In this document: positions 6,651 through 20,632 of the stretch, piece after piece
How positions within the stretch are numbered: the stretch's first letter is position 1
Layout of the letters: every line of letters begins with the position of its first letter
Assembly: GCA_002104905.1 (NCBI GenBank)
Contig: MCFE01000096.1
Coordinates: 1-64,000 of the forward strand
Source: Basidiobolus meristosporus CBS 931.73
Lineage: Eukaryota > Fungi > Basidiobolomycota
Reading direction: 5' to 3'
DNA length: 64,000 nucleotides
Notes under the pieces: model-generated
Told to the model about the DNA's origin: nothing
Seen by the model: the letters and a program-made list of their open reading frames with translations, nothing else
Database searches by the model: none
Program-made: the position numbers and the translations under genes

Positions 6651-9560
6651 CTGCCAGGTCCTTCACCAATACTGTGACTGAGTGCTTCTCAGGTTGAACT
6701 GCATTTTTTCCTAGTGAATGCTACACTTGTAACTCAGTATCTGCCTGCTTGTCCCTTACCAGTACTCTGCAGGCTACCTGACATTTCTTTGTCACTTGTT
6801 TAGAGCTTTCAGCCCTGCTTGTGATGGGCCCTTGAGGATGCTGCTGGTTTTGAGCTGCAGCACCCATATGCTTCTGCCTTTGATAGTCTTTGTTAATGTT
6901 GATATACTTACCTAGAACACCTATGTAGGCCCAAAATCTGTTGCTTGTTTGAATTCAGGATAATGCATATGGAGCAGATCAAGTGCCTTCTGCCTGGCTT
7001 TGAGCTCTTGATTGACTCATGATATGCCAGCCTTGAGGAGATGGCATGCTAGATTCCCTATGAAAAAAACTTAGAAAAGGCCAGCAAAATACCATTAGGA
7101 TATCAGCTGAATTCCAAGTTCTCATAATTGACAACTCTCAATATATCTGTTGTTAGCTGATGGGCAGGCAAGCAAACTAATTCTCCAGGAGGAGGCTATG
7201 CCAACCAGCATCTGTACCAAATTTGGTAATTAGCTGCCCATTACTTCCATCAAAAATTTCATTGAAACTCTGAATCAAAAACATCAGCTGAATACCTGCA
7301 AAATACCATTGATATACCAGCAGCATATCAGCTGAAAATCAGATGAATTCCAAATTTGCAATTTTTTATAGGAGCTCTCTCACAGCCTCTTGATTATTAG
7401 CTCACTCTTCTCAATGGCTTTCCATATCTTGAATGTTAGTCTACTCTTCATTGTTGCACTGAATGGCTTCATGGATCCTCAATGTATTTTGGCTTTTAGG
7501 CTTTAGTATATATATCATAGTCTCACCCTCCCATGCAATGATAGGTTTTTCTATGGGCCTTATCTTTGAGCATTGTTGTTGTGCTTCAAAGACTTTACTG
7601 TGTTCCTCTGCTGTTACATTGGGAAATGGCTCAATTTCTGGATTGGACATTTAGCTACTAGCATGCCTTCTTTGCAGCCTAAGTACCATGTTCTCTACCT
7701 GTGATATTGATTGCTCTACACATATCATCTACTCATCCTGTTTTGGGACTACTTCCTGATTTCTCTGGGCTATTGCATCTATCCTAGTAGTCACTGCACC
7801 TTATTGGTGCATGAATACTTTGATATGAACTGCCAACATACTTGCTAATAATGGTGGTGGGGATCTTATGACAGTTATTTGCTGGTCTTCCACCTGAGAT
7901 ACCGCATTTGCTACATTCTCATCTGCCTGAGCATTATGGTCTCCTTGTATTGCCATAGAGATTCTCAATTGTCTACTTGACTGTGAGACTAAGGAGCTCT
8001 CAATATTACCCACAGTGAGCACACTGTCATTATGGCCTTTTTTGGATGCAGCCCTGCTTATTGCACTCAGTGTCAAAGCAAGCTGCTGTCCAACCATTTT
8101 TTTGCAGTTGTTTGCAGGGGGTTTAGCTGGGAACCAGATAAGCTTGCTTTATTTTTGTCAGTATGTATATGGAAGTGAGTCAAGCCAATAGGGAATCAGT
8201 ATTACATATATGTGCATATATGGTGCTATAGCTTTAGTTATGATGCTGATTATGGTGAGTCATTACTGAACCTTACATACCTGTAGGTGTACTATCATAA
8301 GTACAAGACTTTCTTATACTCAAATGAATATTTTCAAAAAGGTAATATAATAGCATTACATTGTTCAGTGTCAAGCTACTTGCCATGTGGACAAGTCTGC
8401 TAAGATTCTACATCATAAGAGAAGGGAAAAAAGTCCATGGGATTATTAAAAAAAGCCTTTCTGCCATAAAGCACATACAATGTCATAAAGCACATAAACA
8501 GTGTAGGAAGTAATACAAGGGTTGTGGCCAGTGTTTTGCCACACAAGTCACATTTGAGCATCCATTAGTCATCACTTTGACAATAATAGCTTGCCAGCCA
8601 CATGGCACTTCTATGAAGGTACCTAGCTGCACTTGTCACCTTGCTCAAACCAAGTCTAGTGAGCTTGTGGCACCTTCTGGCTCACCTCTGCCTTTGAAAT
8701 ATGGTCTGCACAGTGATAACTCTGAAATGAAGGCTCACTGATGGATTGAAAGCCTATCTCCCAGCATAACAGTGCACTGGATGGGACATGCAAATCCCAA
8801 TATGTGACAGGACTACACCTATAGAAAAAATGCCAAAGATACTTTATTGAGCCAAGTGAGCCCAGTTATCCATTTATTGGAAAGCAATGCTTCCAGTATT
8901 ATCACTTATGAGGACTTTGAGGAGTTACTGCTACTTCTTGCCAAAATCATTCCAGGATGCAACTTACTATGTACATGGTACAAATGGACAACCATCATGT
9001 AGCTGGCAACATATGACCCAGAGACTTTGCTAATACCAGTGTAATTTAAAAATTGCATGATATTTACATCAGAAAATGTCACAATTACAAGGTATCCTAC
9101 TTGTCAGGGCTCCACCACCACAGGAGGAAAACATTGTTAGGTACCATACTTTTGTTCAATGAATCTGCAAGTGAATAGAGTGTAAATTCTCTAGTTGTCT
9201 ACACCACACCTGATGCTCCTCAGACTATTGCAACAGCAGTGGGTAAGCAAACAAGTGGGGGAGAATCTATAGGGAACATATGAATGGCACAAGGGGTGGT
9301 AGAAATGGGAAAAACAGTCTAGTAAGTTTGAATAGTACCAGTATACAGGACTAACTATAGGCTGCTGTACAGCTATTATAATGCCAAGAGATGTTTGAAT
9401 TAAGGTCATCAAAAATGGTGTCAAGTTCTCTTCCATATTGGCAGTTGCATATATTGGCCAGTAGGTTCAGCTCAACTATGTGTAGACCACATAAACACTG
9501 TTGGATTGCCATACTTAAGGACTATAGAGCACTGTCAATTTATTACCCTAATGGGCAGTA
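6651..9560. mobile_element. Decayed CACTA/EnSpm-like DNA transposon, copy A (transposase remnant on +, second ORF remnant on -); ends approximate
   Basis: Reverse-complement similarity to 18800-19900 and 56700-58300 (for example caagtgacaaagaaatgtcagg). Cys-rich transposase N-terminal remnant at ~8850-9200. CpG almost absent. Confidence 0.6.
7056..7373. mobile_element. MITE-like insertion with CCCTAT.AAAAAA terminal inverted repeats
   Basis: Interrupts a segment that is contiguous in copies B and C (GAGGCTGT...TCTAGCA). Ends are ccctatgaaaaaaa and ttttttatagga. Contains repeated ATCAGCTGAA-like motifs. Confidence 0.55.
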
Positions 9561-9637
9561 AAACAGCAAAACACCATCACAATATTGTCATAAGAATGGG
9601 AACAAGGCCAATAACTATAAGCAGCCAGCATACTGAC

Positions 9638-9985
9638 TGTTGCAAGAGCCTTGGAGATATTGGAAGTGATTGGGAGAACAAGTAGATTATGTGGTTTTCA
9701 CTTAATGATTTATTGAATGTAAAAGTAGTATTTATACTTTAACATGATCTTGGCATTACAAGCATGTAGAATAGGTTAAGGAAGGTCCCAAGAACATGTG
9801 TGCAAAGTTTGAGGCTGTTGGAAAAACCTTGAGATTTTCATATTCTGGGTACCTGGTATTTTGGTGAATTTATTCTAGGTAAATCCCAACAAGGAATTTG
9901 ATTAGTATTCTCTAGGATTTGAAGGTAATGATCTAAGTGACTAAGTTAGGTGAATATTTAGGTGGAAATACAAATCTTTACAACA
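9638..9985 (-). mobile_element. Solo LTR of the copia family
   Basis: TG...CA, 348 bp, reverse-complement homologous to LTR 46603-46951; flanked by ctgac/atgac (5-bp TSD with one mismatch). Confidence 0.85.
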
Positions 9986-11400
9986 ATGACAGTCTCATTG
10001 TGAGATCTCAACAGCCAATCCAGATTAGATTCACCTGCAAGACCAAATTATTCTTTATAACAACCAGGAAAGACACTCTATTGTTATCTTCCTTATTGAC
10101 CTTAGTAAGCTGTTTCTTTGACAGTGAGTTCCCCTTATTGGCCAATTGTGTTGGTAGGCAAGCATGTGGCCTCAAGGTGACCCAGCTATTGCCTTCCTTG
10201 ATTGTAACCTTCTGTGTCTCCAATCTATTGGGAGCTTACCCAGTTTCCTAACTCTGCCTTGAGATTGTATCAAGGTTAGCCATTGGTATCACTACAGGGG
10301 TTATGGTACTGGCATATGCACCTAGCATTAGCCCAATTGGCTTAGTTCTGTGGCTTGCTTGTTCAGGATTTTGCACTGCAAAGCAGATTATGTAAGGTTG
10401 CAATGTAATTTCAGGGGCTGTTACTGTTTAACTAACACCTTGGATATGTCTATGCCAACTGCTTCACTATCCAAGAGAACATTGGCTGATGTGTTACTGA
10501 CAGTTCCTTCCAATACTAAAAGCTCTGGATGGTTCAGTGGGCTTAGAGCATCAGCCACATTCATTATTTGCATATTACAATTGCTTTTTTGGATAGATTG
10601 AGTTGTACTCCTTATTTGTAGTTGCATAGGACAGTCCTGAAGTAGCTGACCATGTTTCTAGCAATAAGATAGAGACCTTTGCTCATGCATTGTACTTCAG
10701 ATATTGTGCCCTGTTTGTGTAACACTATCATGTCTAGGACCATAGGGTTTAGGTTAGATATGCAGAGCAGTATAGCATTAGTTGGCTTCTCTGCCACCAC
10801 TCTGGAGCTTCTATGAGTGGTTTGATACAGTGGAGTGTAATGTCAATCAAAGTGAATATAGTCATATGGCTCAACCTTGGCCATGATCTTGGGCAAGATA
10901 GATAATGGTATGTGGTGTATAGGAACATGAGAATTATTGATGCAACACTTCTTAAATTCTTTGTATGAGGTGTGCTCACTGGGCACAATAACCTTTAGCA
11001 AAAGCTTGCTAGGAATACTTGGGTTTTGCCTCCACTCTACTGCCAAGGGAATTAAGTCACAAGCTTGTCAAAGAAATGCTATTGAGCCACAATCCCCAAC
11101 TTAGCTGGCATCATAGCAAAAGTATGTGCAGGACTTAGCATCTTGCAGGTTGAGAATATATTACAGCTTTCAAAGTCAAAATAGCTGTAAATTCCACCAG
11201 CACTGAGTTAATAAGAATGCTGCTTTGGTTAATAGTTATAAAGACATGAAAGTGTCTCTGTCTGTTCAGGCTCAACTATAAGTGAAATACAATATAATAA
11301 CAGATACTTATTTTGAGTGTTCCTCTTTAGTAGTGCCCCCAAGCTCAATTGGCTGTTAGAATGGCTTCCTAGGAATGAACCATGGTCTGGGACTAAAGGT
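9986..11400 (-). pseudogene. Decayed Ty3/gypsy gag-protease remnant; extent approximate
   Basis: ORF fragment LLVLEGTVSNTSANVLLDSEAVGIDISK resembles a retropepsin (LLDSGA motif), with a degenerate knuckle-like segment upstream; heavily mutated. Confidence 0.45.
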
Positions 11401-13059
11401 CAGATAGGAGCAGGTAGTAGTGACTTCACTACTCAGCTAACTGGAATATTAAAAAAAGGATGATGACTTGTAGTAAAGGAGTGTCTCCCTTAAATACTTC
11501 TTGGATTGGCTAAGTGATAACTAATTTTGGTGTTCCAGAAGGTTCTGGAAATCATGAGAAGCCTTGATGACATTATAACAAGCACAAATCTTTTTAAGCA
11601 GGTTTCAGAATGTTCTAAAAGGCACACCACATTCCACCATGCAGGGATCAGTATTCTGGAACCTGTAGAGCAAAGAGAGAATGTTTATGGAATTAAATGG
11701 TCAGGATGGTGGCATAGTATGTGTACTTGCCTGCTATAGATGGCTCCATTTGTTGTAACCATACATAAGGTGGGGGATAGCTTGAGCAATGGAATAAGCA
11801 GAAGCAAGAGTTAGCTAGCTTGTAGGCCAATGCTGATCAATTAAAGTAAATGGGATACTACTGAGCTTAAGGTAGTTGAAGAATAACAAAGTCAAATATA
11901 TGGAAATGAGCTTATTTATCAGTGGGTGGCACTATGACCCCTCTATAACAGTACTCAACTTCTGAGTGTGGCTGGTAATATAGGCCTGGATGCAATGTTC
12001 CATCTGGTTGGAGTCAGATATACTGAGGATTATGAGCATCAGTGTGTAGAATTGTTGGTTATAGTCCCAGACAGACCTTTTCTATTCCAACTATATAACT
12101 TATATCTTGCATTTCACACTATATTGACTAGGATAAACTGTGTTTGGAGTGCTGACACAAAGTTATCCCAAATTTCTATGCCTGAGAACAAGTTCCATGC
12201 TGTAACCTACATAAAAAGCTTCCATTAGGGAGTAGCTTCCTTTTGAAAAAAGGTGGCTGCAAGGCTAATCTTGACCATGTCAGGATATGCCAAGAATATA
12301 AAGTGTATTTCTTGACCCTGGTCCAGGCTTAGAATGTTCTAACAGAAATAATTTGGTCTTGCAGGTGGATCCAGTCCAGATTAGCCATCAGGATCACATT
12401 GTGAGGCCATTGCTTTCCAGCAGCTTGGAATATATGATCCTCTTCAAAATCATATGGCAGGATTATGGTAGTGACTTTCTGGTTTTACTGACAGCTACAG
12501 TAACAAACTTGGCAGTACTTTGACCATGTTTCACAGGGCTTGTCTGGCATTCATATGGTCTTAATGCGGTCTCCTTTTGCTTGAGCAGGTGTAACAAGCC
12601 TATTCATGGCTTCTCAGTGTAATATTTGCAAAGTTGCAATATGTCTTTTACTATTAATAACATCTATATCATGTAAATATATGCTTGATTGTAGTCACTT
12701 TGGCCACAAATACATCTTGAGTATCCTCAAAAGACTTTTTAGTACCTAACCAATATATTTCTTTTCCCTGCTGAGTTCAAGTGCCCCTTATAGATGCACT
12801 CAGGTACTTGCTTGTGTGAATTTTATGTTGAAAGGTGTAGAAGTTACTTGTGACCAGGAGAAACCTGTCATACCTTGGTAAAGTAGTCCTAATGGCAATC
12901 AGGTGCTTGTTTAGTCCAACCCAACCTCCCCTTACTTACCTGATTACCTATGCATTGGGGCTGCTTAGCTTCTTATGGCTAAAGGCATAGGTTTCTTAGT
13001 GTGCATACTGGTGCTTAGTATTGTCCAACTCATCTGATCTGTCTACAACATGACAAACT

Positions 13060-16000
13060 TGTTGTAAGAATCCTGGAGATATTGGAGGTGATTGGGAGAA
13101 CAAGTGGATTATGTGGTTTCACTTAATGATTTATTGAATGTAAAAGTGTATGTATACATTTACATGGTCTTGGAATAACAAACACATAAAATAGGCTAAG
13201 GAAGGGCCCAACAACATGTGTGCAAAGCTCAGAGCTGTTTGGACAGCTTTGAGAATTTTCATGTTCTGGGTACCTGGTATTCTGGTGATATTATTCTAAT
13301 TAAGTCCCAACAAGGAACTTGGTCAGTATTCTCTAGGACTTGGAGGTAATGATCTAGTGACTAAGTTAGGTGAATATTTTGGTGGAATTACAAATTTTTA
13401 CTACGCTCCTACTCAGCTAAATGCTCATACTGACTAGTCCTAATTTTGACTCAAGATATTCAAACTTGTCTCTAGCTAATGGTTTGGTAAATATGTCTGC
13501 AATCATTTCATCTGGATAACAGTAAGTCAAGCTAACTAAGTTATTCTCTATAGTTTCACATATCAAATGATGTCTAATATCTAAATGCTTAGTTCTAGCA
13601 TGAAAAGTTTGACTTCTACCTATTTGTATGCATCCTTGATTATCTTGAAATAAAGTGATAGGCATTTTTTGACTTAGGCCTAGGTCTGTAAAAAGCTTTC
13701 TTGACCAAATTGCTTCTCTTGTAGCTTCACAGGCTGCCATATACTCTGCCTCTGTGGTGGAAAGTGCTACAGTTGGTTGCTATCTTGAATTCCATGAAAT
13801 TGCCCCTTTACGGTAAAGAATGGTGTATCCTGTGGTGGATCTTCTGTCTTCCAAGTTTTGTCCCCAATCAGCATCAAAGTATCCCACAATATCCTGTTGT
13901 GAGCTCTTATGTGTCTTAAGCAGATATCAGCAGTTCCTTTCAGATATTTAAAAATCTGCTTAAGTGCTGCAATATTATCAGATCTATAGTTCTGATTATG
14001 TTGGCTGACAACTCCCACTGAATATGAGATATCTGGACATGTTCCAAGCATGATACTCATCAGACTGCCAAACATAGATTGATAAGGAAAGTCAGGGCTT
14101 TCAGATGGCACTGAGATCTCTTGATTTGGTTGAGTTTTGACTAAGTTAAGGTTTGCCTCCATTGAGGTAGCTGCTGGTTTACAGTCTTCCATTAGATACT
14201 TCTTGAGTATATCTTGAATATACTTGGATTGGCTTAGGTTGATAGTCTGGGTACTTCTGTCTATGGAGAACTTAATCTATAAGTAGTAACTGAGTTCTCC
14301 TAGATTGGACATCTTGAACTGTTTAGATAGGCTGGATTTAGTCTCTTCCAATGTTGCTAGGTTATTGGTGTCTATAATAAGATCATCCACATATAGAGCT
14401 AATAGAGCAGGATTAGCTCTATCTGGCTTATTGTATATACTATAGTAAGCATTACTCCTTTTGAAACTCAAAGATTCCAAATAAGAATCTATCTTACAAT
14501 TCCAGGCTCCTGGTGATTGCTTGAGTCTATATAGACATTTTTTAAGCTTGCATACCAAATGGGGGCTATCTTGGTCAATAAACCCATGAGGCTGGTCCAT
14601 ACATGCATCCTCATCAAGCTATCCATCCAAAAATGCAGTTTCTACATCCATTTGATGTATAAAAATCTTATATTTGTCTTCAATAGTTGATATCAATCTG
14701 ATGAAATTAAACTTGGCTACCAGAGCAAAGGTCTTTGTATGGTCAATTCCTTTTGTTTGAGAGTATCCTTTGGCCACAAGTCTTGATTTGTATCTTTCAA
14801 TTGTACCATCAGCCTTCTATTTTGTCTGAAAGACCCATTTGCATCCAATTGACTTTTGGTTGATAGGTAATATGACTAAGTCCCAAGTTTGGTTGTCCAT
14901 CAGGGCCTGATACTCCTCAGTCATTGCAGATCTCCAAAACTTTGTCAGAGAGCTATTTAGGGCCTCTTTACAACCTGTGGCTCAATGATATGGACTGAAT
15001 AGGAATAGGCTAAGTTTGTACCCTCATTGATATAGTAATTTGGGCTATTTCTTGTCAGGTTGGATCTCCAGGCATTGGGTATTGGAATGATCACTTCTGG
15101 GATATTCCTGGGCACTGATTCAGGCTGAACCACAGTTGTAGAGTCCTCTGGAGTGAAAAAGATTTCATTGTTTTGCTCTAATTCAATGCTGACCAATGGT
15201 GGACTTGAGATCAAATTTTGTCATCATCTGATATCATTTTGTGAGTTTGAATTTTGATCAAACAACACATCCCTGGACTTGATCAGCTTCTTTGCTTTGA
15301 TACTGAAGAGTCTGTATGCTTTACTCTCATTGCAGAAGCCCAAAAATATGCATTTTTCACTTTTTGGCTCAAATTTTGACTTATTTCCAGGCCACTTCTT
15401 GGCATATGCTGTACACCCAAATATTTGTAGATGTTCTGCACTTGGTCTGTATCCATACCATGCTTCATATGGAGTGGAATCACAAAGTATTCTGCTATAA
15501 CTCCTATTCTTATAGTGTACAGCTGTGACAACTGGTTCTGCCCAAAAATCATAGGCTAATTTTTGATCATTGATCATAGATCTGGCCATATCATTTATTG
15601 AGCTGTTTTCATGTTCTGCTACTTCATTTTGCTGTGGGGAGTATGGTACAGTAGTTTCTTGCTTTATCCCATGAACTTTGTAGAAGTGGATAATGAGTTT
15701 GAAGGTATATTCTCCACCATTGCCAGAGCATATTTTCTTGACTTTTTCACCTGTTTCTCTCTGCACCATGGCTTTGAGGTCCCTGAACTTAGACAGAGCT
15801 TCTTCCTTTCTCTCCATGAAGGTAGACTCACAAGTATCTTGTATAATCATCAATAAAAGTGAATAAATACTTCATCATGCTTAAGGATAAATTTAGAACA
15901 GGTCCACAGAGATCTGAGTGAACTAGATCTAATTTTTCTTAGTTTTGGTTAACCTAGTGCTCTTGAGCAGGTTTCTGGCTTGTTTCCCATATATGCAGGC

Positions 16001-17732
16001 TTTACAATGCTCCAAATCAGCTGGGGGATCAATTTTTACTCCAGGAAATTAGCTGATCTTTGATTATTTTGCACATATAATCAAAATTGATATGTTCAAA
16101 TCTCTTGTGCCAAAGCATTGGTGTTTCTTCATTTAAGTTACTTATTTAGCTTCCAAATATGATGGAATATATGTTAACTTATACAGATTCTGATCTCTGA
16201 TACCCAAAGCAATATGGGCACCATTTTGATCAGGGATCCTGCATCCAGAATTGCCAAAGCTGAAACTGAGTCCTTCTGCTGTGGCCTTGCTTACAGATAG
16301 TAGGTTTTGGCTATTTCTGGTACATAGAGCACTTCTTTAAAGTCTAGTGTATGGCGTCCTTCACTGCTTCTAAGGTTTACTTGGATAGTTCCTTCTCCCA
16401 CTGCATCAAGTGTTCTATTGTCACCCATGAAAACCTTCTCAATAGGAATTTTCTGATATTGGGTAAAAAGTTCTTTTTGGTGTGTAAAGTGTTGAGATGC
16501 TGCATAGCTAATATACCACATCTGAGAACTCTTGTTTGTGGTCATATCTGGTACAGATATGAATAGTCTATATTCAGTTGTTGCAGCATCTCCATATTCA
16601 GACTTTTTCTGCTGACTATCTCTCTTTTTCAAGCACCAGTCTGATGTATGTCCTTTCCTTTTGCAGTAGTTACAAAACAGGTAGTTGTTGCCTTTGAAAG
16701 ATCTGGGGTATTATCCTTTGTGGTTATCATTGCTTATTCAATCATTTTCTTCTTCCTTCTTATTGGCACTAGATTTTCTTAATACTTTATCCAGGAGCCT
16801 TCCATACACATAGTTTAAGGTCAAATCTTCAGTTTTGGACTCCAAAGCAGATACAAGGCCCTGAAACCTGTCTGTCAGGCTATTCAGGATGATTACTATC
16901 ACATCCTCATCAGTAGTTGGTACACCCACATATTGCATCCTATCCACCAGCAGGGTAATTCTGTTAATTAGATTTTTCATTTCTTCTCCAGACAGCAACT
17001 TTGTAGCAAAAGAGTTTGCATCAAGGATACATTTTCTTAGCAGCTGAACATGACTGGTAGGTGTCTTCTAATACCTTCCAGGCATTCTTTGCTGCTTTTG
17101 CTCTTGATGCATTGAATTAGCAATTTGTCTTTAACATTATGGCAAATGCAGTTAAAGACACTTTGTTCTTTCCTCCAGTACTTTGAGGCTTCCTCTCCCA
17201 CACTTTTACAAGGGCATTCTTCTCCCATGACAATATCCTAAAGGCCTCTTTCTTGTAGCAGCATCCTCATCATCACCTTCCACACTTGGTAGTTAGATCC
17301 ATCCAACTTTTCAGCAGAGGGAAAAATTCCAGTAATAGCAATAGTAGACATTGCAGGGAGTGACAGTTTGGGGCTCATAACCTGTTGTAAGAGTCTTGGA
17401 GGTATTGGAAGTGAATGGGAGAACAAGTAGATTATGTGGTTTTCACTTAATCATTTATTTGAATGTAAAAGTAGTATTTATACTTTTACATGGTCTTGGC
17501 ATTACAAACACATAGAATAGGCTAAGGAAGGTCTCAAGAACATGTGTGCAAAATTTGGGGCTGCTTGAACAACTTAGAATATTTTCACCAGAATACCAGG
17601 TACCTGGAACATGAAAATTCTCAAAGTAAATCCCAACAAGGAATTTGGTCAGTATTCTCTAGGATTTGAAGGTAATGATCTAAGTGACTAGGCTAGGTGA
17701 ATATTCAGGTGGAATCACAAACTTCTACAGCA
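13060..17732 (-). mobile_element. Decayed full-length Ty1/copia element (3' LTR 13060-13405, 5' LTR 17383-17732)
   Basis: Fragmented gag, PR, IN (GGEY...YSPQQNEVAE), RT (YVDDL) and RNase H (ADIFTKPL) ORFs; PBS GGTTATGAGCCC; many stops and frameshifts. Confidence 0.93.
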
Positions 17733-19900
17733 AAGTTACCATGTCAATGATGGACTTGAAGGTAGTATTGTTGATGCAACTGGGATATGGCAGTACTTGC
17801 AATTTAACTTGTCTTCCTATCTGCCTATACATCCACTCCACAGTATTCTCCCAAAAGCTGAAGCAAGGTCCAAACTTCTCCACATACTAAGCAAGATGGA
17901 GTAGAGAATACTTACAGTAGTGGCAGAGATTTACATGCTCAGCTTTGTGCTTGTAGTTGTGCTGCTCAAATCCCATCACAAGCTCCTTGTACAAAAGCTA
18001 TAGATATGCTGAGGTAGTATTGGTGATCCACTTCTGGATAAATACTCCTGCAATATCAAAATATGACCCCTGATGCTTCCAATATACTCATGACAGAAGT
18101 TGCTCTAGAAGTCCACTGGAATAAATGCAAATCCCAATGATCCATTCCTTCATTGTATTGCTGCATATGTGTATGAATAGTAATTGGAGTTTGTGGGAAG
18201 TGCATTGGGTGGTACAAGCTTAGTAACATGTTGCAAATTCTTTCAAATCTCTCTGGTATCTGAAAGGGCTCATATAGCCTGAAGTTCCTCAAGTACAACT
18301 TGGTCATCAGTACTGGGATACTGTTTCATAGCAAATGCATTGCTCCCAGTGGAAAGCTTTTGCTCCAACAGATTCCCCTATCTTAAATGTCACTGGTTTT
18401 TGATCAGATCCATATTCTAGTCAGTTGCTTATAGCATGCCAGCCTTGCTGCAATTGCATGCTAACTTCTGTAAGTTTTCACTGTAGATAGATGATGCTGT
18501 TGGTGCTGGTGTCAGGACAATAATGCATATGAGTTATAGAGTAAATCCCCTGAATCTTGCACAATCAACAGCAACACTACTCATTGTGCCCAGAAAAGCA
18601 AGCTATGTTGGTGAGAGGTGGGGTGTCTTTAATGCAGTTAATAAATATGCTTTGACAAGACTGCCAATTACTAATATACAGCTGGACAGCATATGGAACT
18701 CATCCAGCAATAGATGCAGGTTTCTATCCAGGTTGAACAGTGATTTAGGCCCCAATATGAGTGAGACAACCATCAGATTTTAGCTCTGATACCATAAGAT
18801 TGGTGAGAGATTCAGATTAGCAAATACTGAGTGCAGTTCTTTATAGCTGCAGAAAATTTGTTGGACTGCATGAGTTTCTTGAGACAGTGCATTATTGGAA
18901 TAAATCCAGAGTGTGAACAGTGTTTTCCTCCCATGGTGGTGGATTCCTGACAAGTTGAGCACCTTGCAATGGTGGCATTTTCTGATGTGAGTGCCATGCA
19001 ACTGCTAATACATGGTGGTATCAGAACAGTCTCTGAGTCACATGTTGCCAGCTGCATGACAGTTGTCCATTTGTACCAAGTACATGGTAAGTGGTATCCT
19101 GGATTAATTTTGGCAGGAACTAGCAGTGCATCCTCACAGCACCAATTGCTAATATTGGTAGAAACATGCAACTTCTCTGGCCACTGCATTACCTCATACA
19201 CCTGTATTTGGCATTTCTTTCACAGGTGTTGTCTCATTGCATTTGGAAGTCTTGCCAGTCTCATGTAAGGTACTGTTGCTGTGAGATAGGATGAGTAGAT
19301 GATGCATATAGAGCCATCAATATCCCAGGTAGAGAATGTAGTATCCTTGCTGTAACAAAGGAACTCAAGTAGCTCAATGTCACAGACCAGAATTAAGCTA
19401 TTTCCCAATGCAACAGCAGAGGAACACTGTAAAGTCTTTGAAGCACAACAGTGCTATAAAGCCCACAAAAGCCTATCATTGCATGGGAGGGAGAGACTTT
19501 GATATATATAGTAAAGCCTAAAAGCCCAAATACATTGAGGATCCATGAAGTCATTGAGTGCAACAATGACAAGTGGGCTAACAATCAAGAGGCTGTACGC
19601 AGTCTAGCATACCATCATCTGAAGGCTGGCATACCATGGGACCATCAGGAACTCAAGGCCAAGCAGAAAGCACTTGATCTGCTCCATGAGCATTATCATG
19701 GATTCAAACAAGCAAACAGATTTTGGGCCAGCATTGGTATGCTAAGAAAATACCTTAAGAATAGTAGAGCTATCAAAGGCAGAAGAACAAGGGTGCAACA
19801 GCTAAAATATTGGTACCCAGCATGTAGACCTTTGAAGTGGGCCTATAATGTAGTGTTTTCCAAGGCTAAAAGATGCTTCAGATGAATAGATAGAGTATGT
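17733..19900. mobile_element. Decayed CACTA-like transposon, copy B; ends approximate
   Basis: Minus-strand remnant ...IPPCISSCMALTSENATIARCSTC...; plus-strand ORF 19499-19885 (AVRSLAYHHLKAGIPWDHQELKAKQKALDLL...) shared with copies A and C. Confidence 0.6.
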
Positions 19901-20632
19901 GACTGCACTAGAAAGTTACCAATCACTTGGATTGTAAGAAATTCAAACAAATATTAGGCAGAATTGCCAGGATTCTAACAGGCTTATGTAGAAGCCACAC
20001 CATATAGCTAATTAGTAGAATGTAGATTGTCAACTGGATCATTATTTCATTGATGAATTTTTTGATCTAGTGAAGCCCTCATCGAACTTATCTGAGAAAT
20101 GTGATACCCAACAACAATCAGGAACGAGAATGAGGATGGTGAACAGTATGATTAGTTCACACGCTAGCAATCAGAACGTGTCTACTGCAACCTTAGAAAA
20201 AGACAAGCGATACAGTCAACCAAGCGAGGGCATAGGTGCTGACATACGCTAGACATGGCGCGTATGGAAAAGTCGGTATTCAACGGACATATCGGAAATT
20301 TAGCAGCGAGCATTCTAGGGGCATTGATGCGTCGTCTCCTTTTACTCCGGTTACTGTTGCGGGGTGACTGATAATATTGTCTGATGCGGGGTAGAGTGGC
20401 ACAAGCATATACGCCTGATTGAGAGAAATCCACGATCTTACAGTTGTCAAACAGATCTCAGGCTGGTGCTCCTCGATCTTACTCGATAAAGATAGATGGC
20501 CATGCAGCAACGCAGGAATCCCACGAGTATAAATACCGGAGAAGCGCTCCTCCCGACAACAACAATAGCTTCAGTGTGCCACCTATTCTATTCTTATTTA
20601 TATTAGAACGTTTCTTCATAGACCCCTAGATT

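Noticed and set aside
11400-13059. Possible RT-like remnant (FQKVLEIMRSLDDII)
   Set aside because: Too degenerate to assign a family or boundaries by eye.
13055-17737. TSD for the decayed copia (aaact versus aagtt)
   Set aside because: Only 3 of 5 positions match, so it cannot be claimed.
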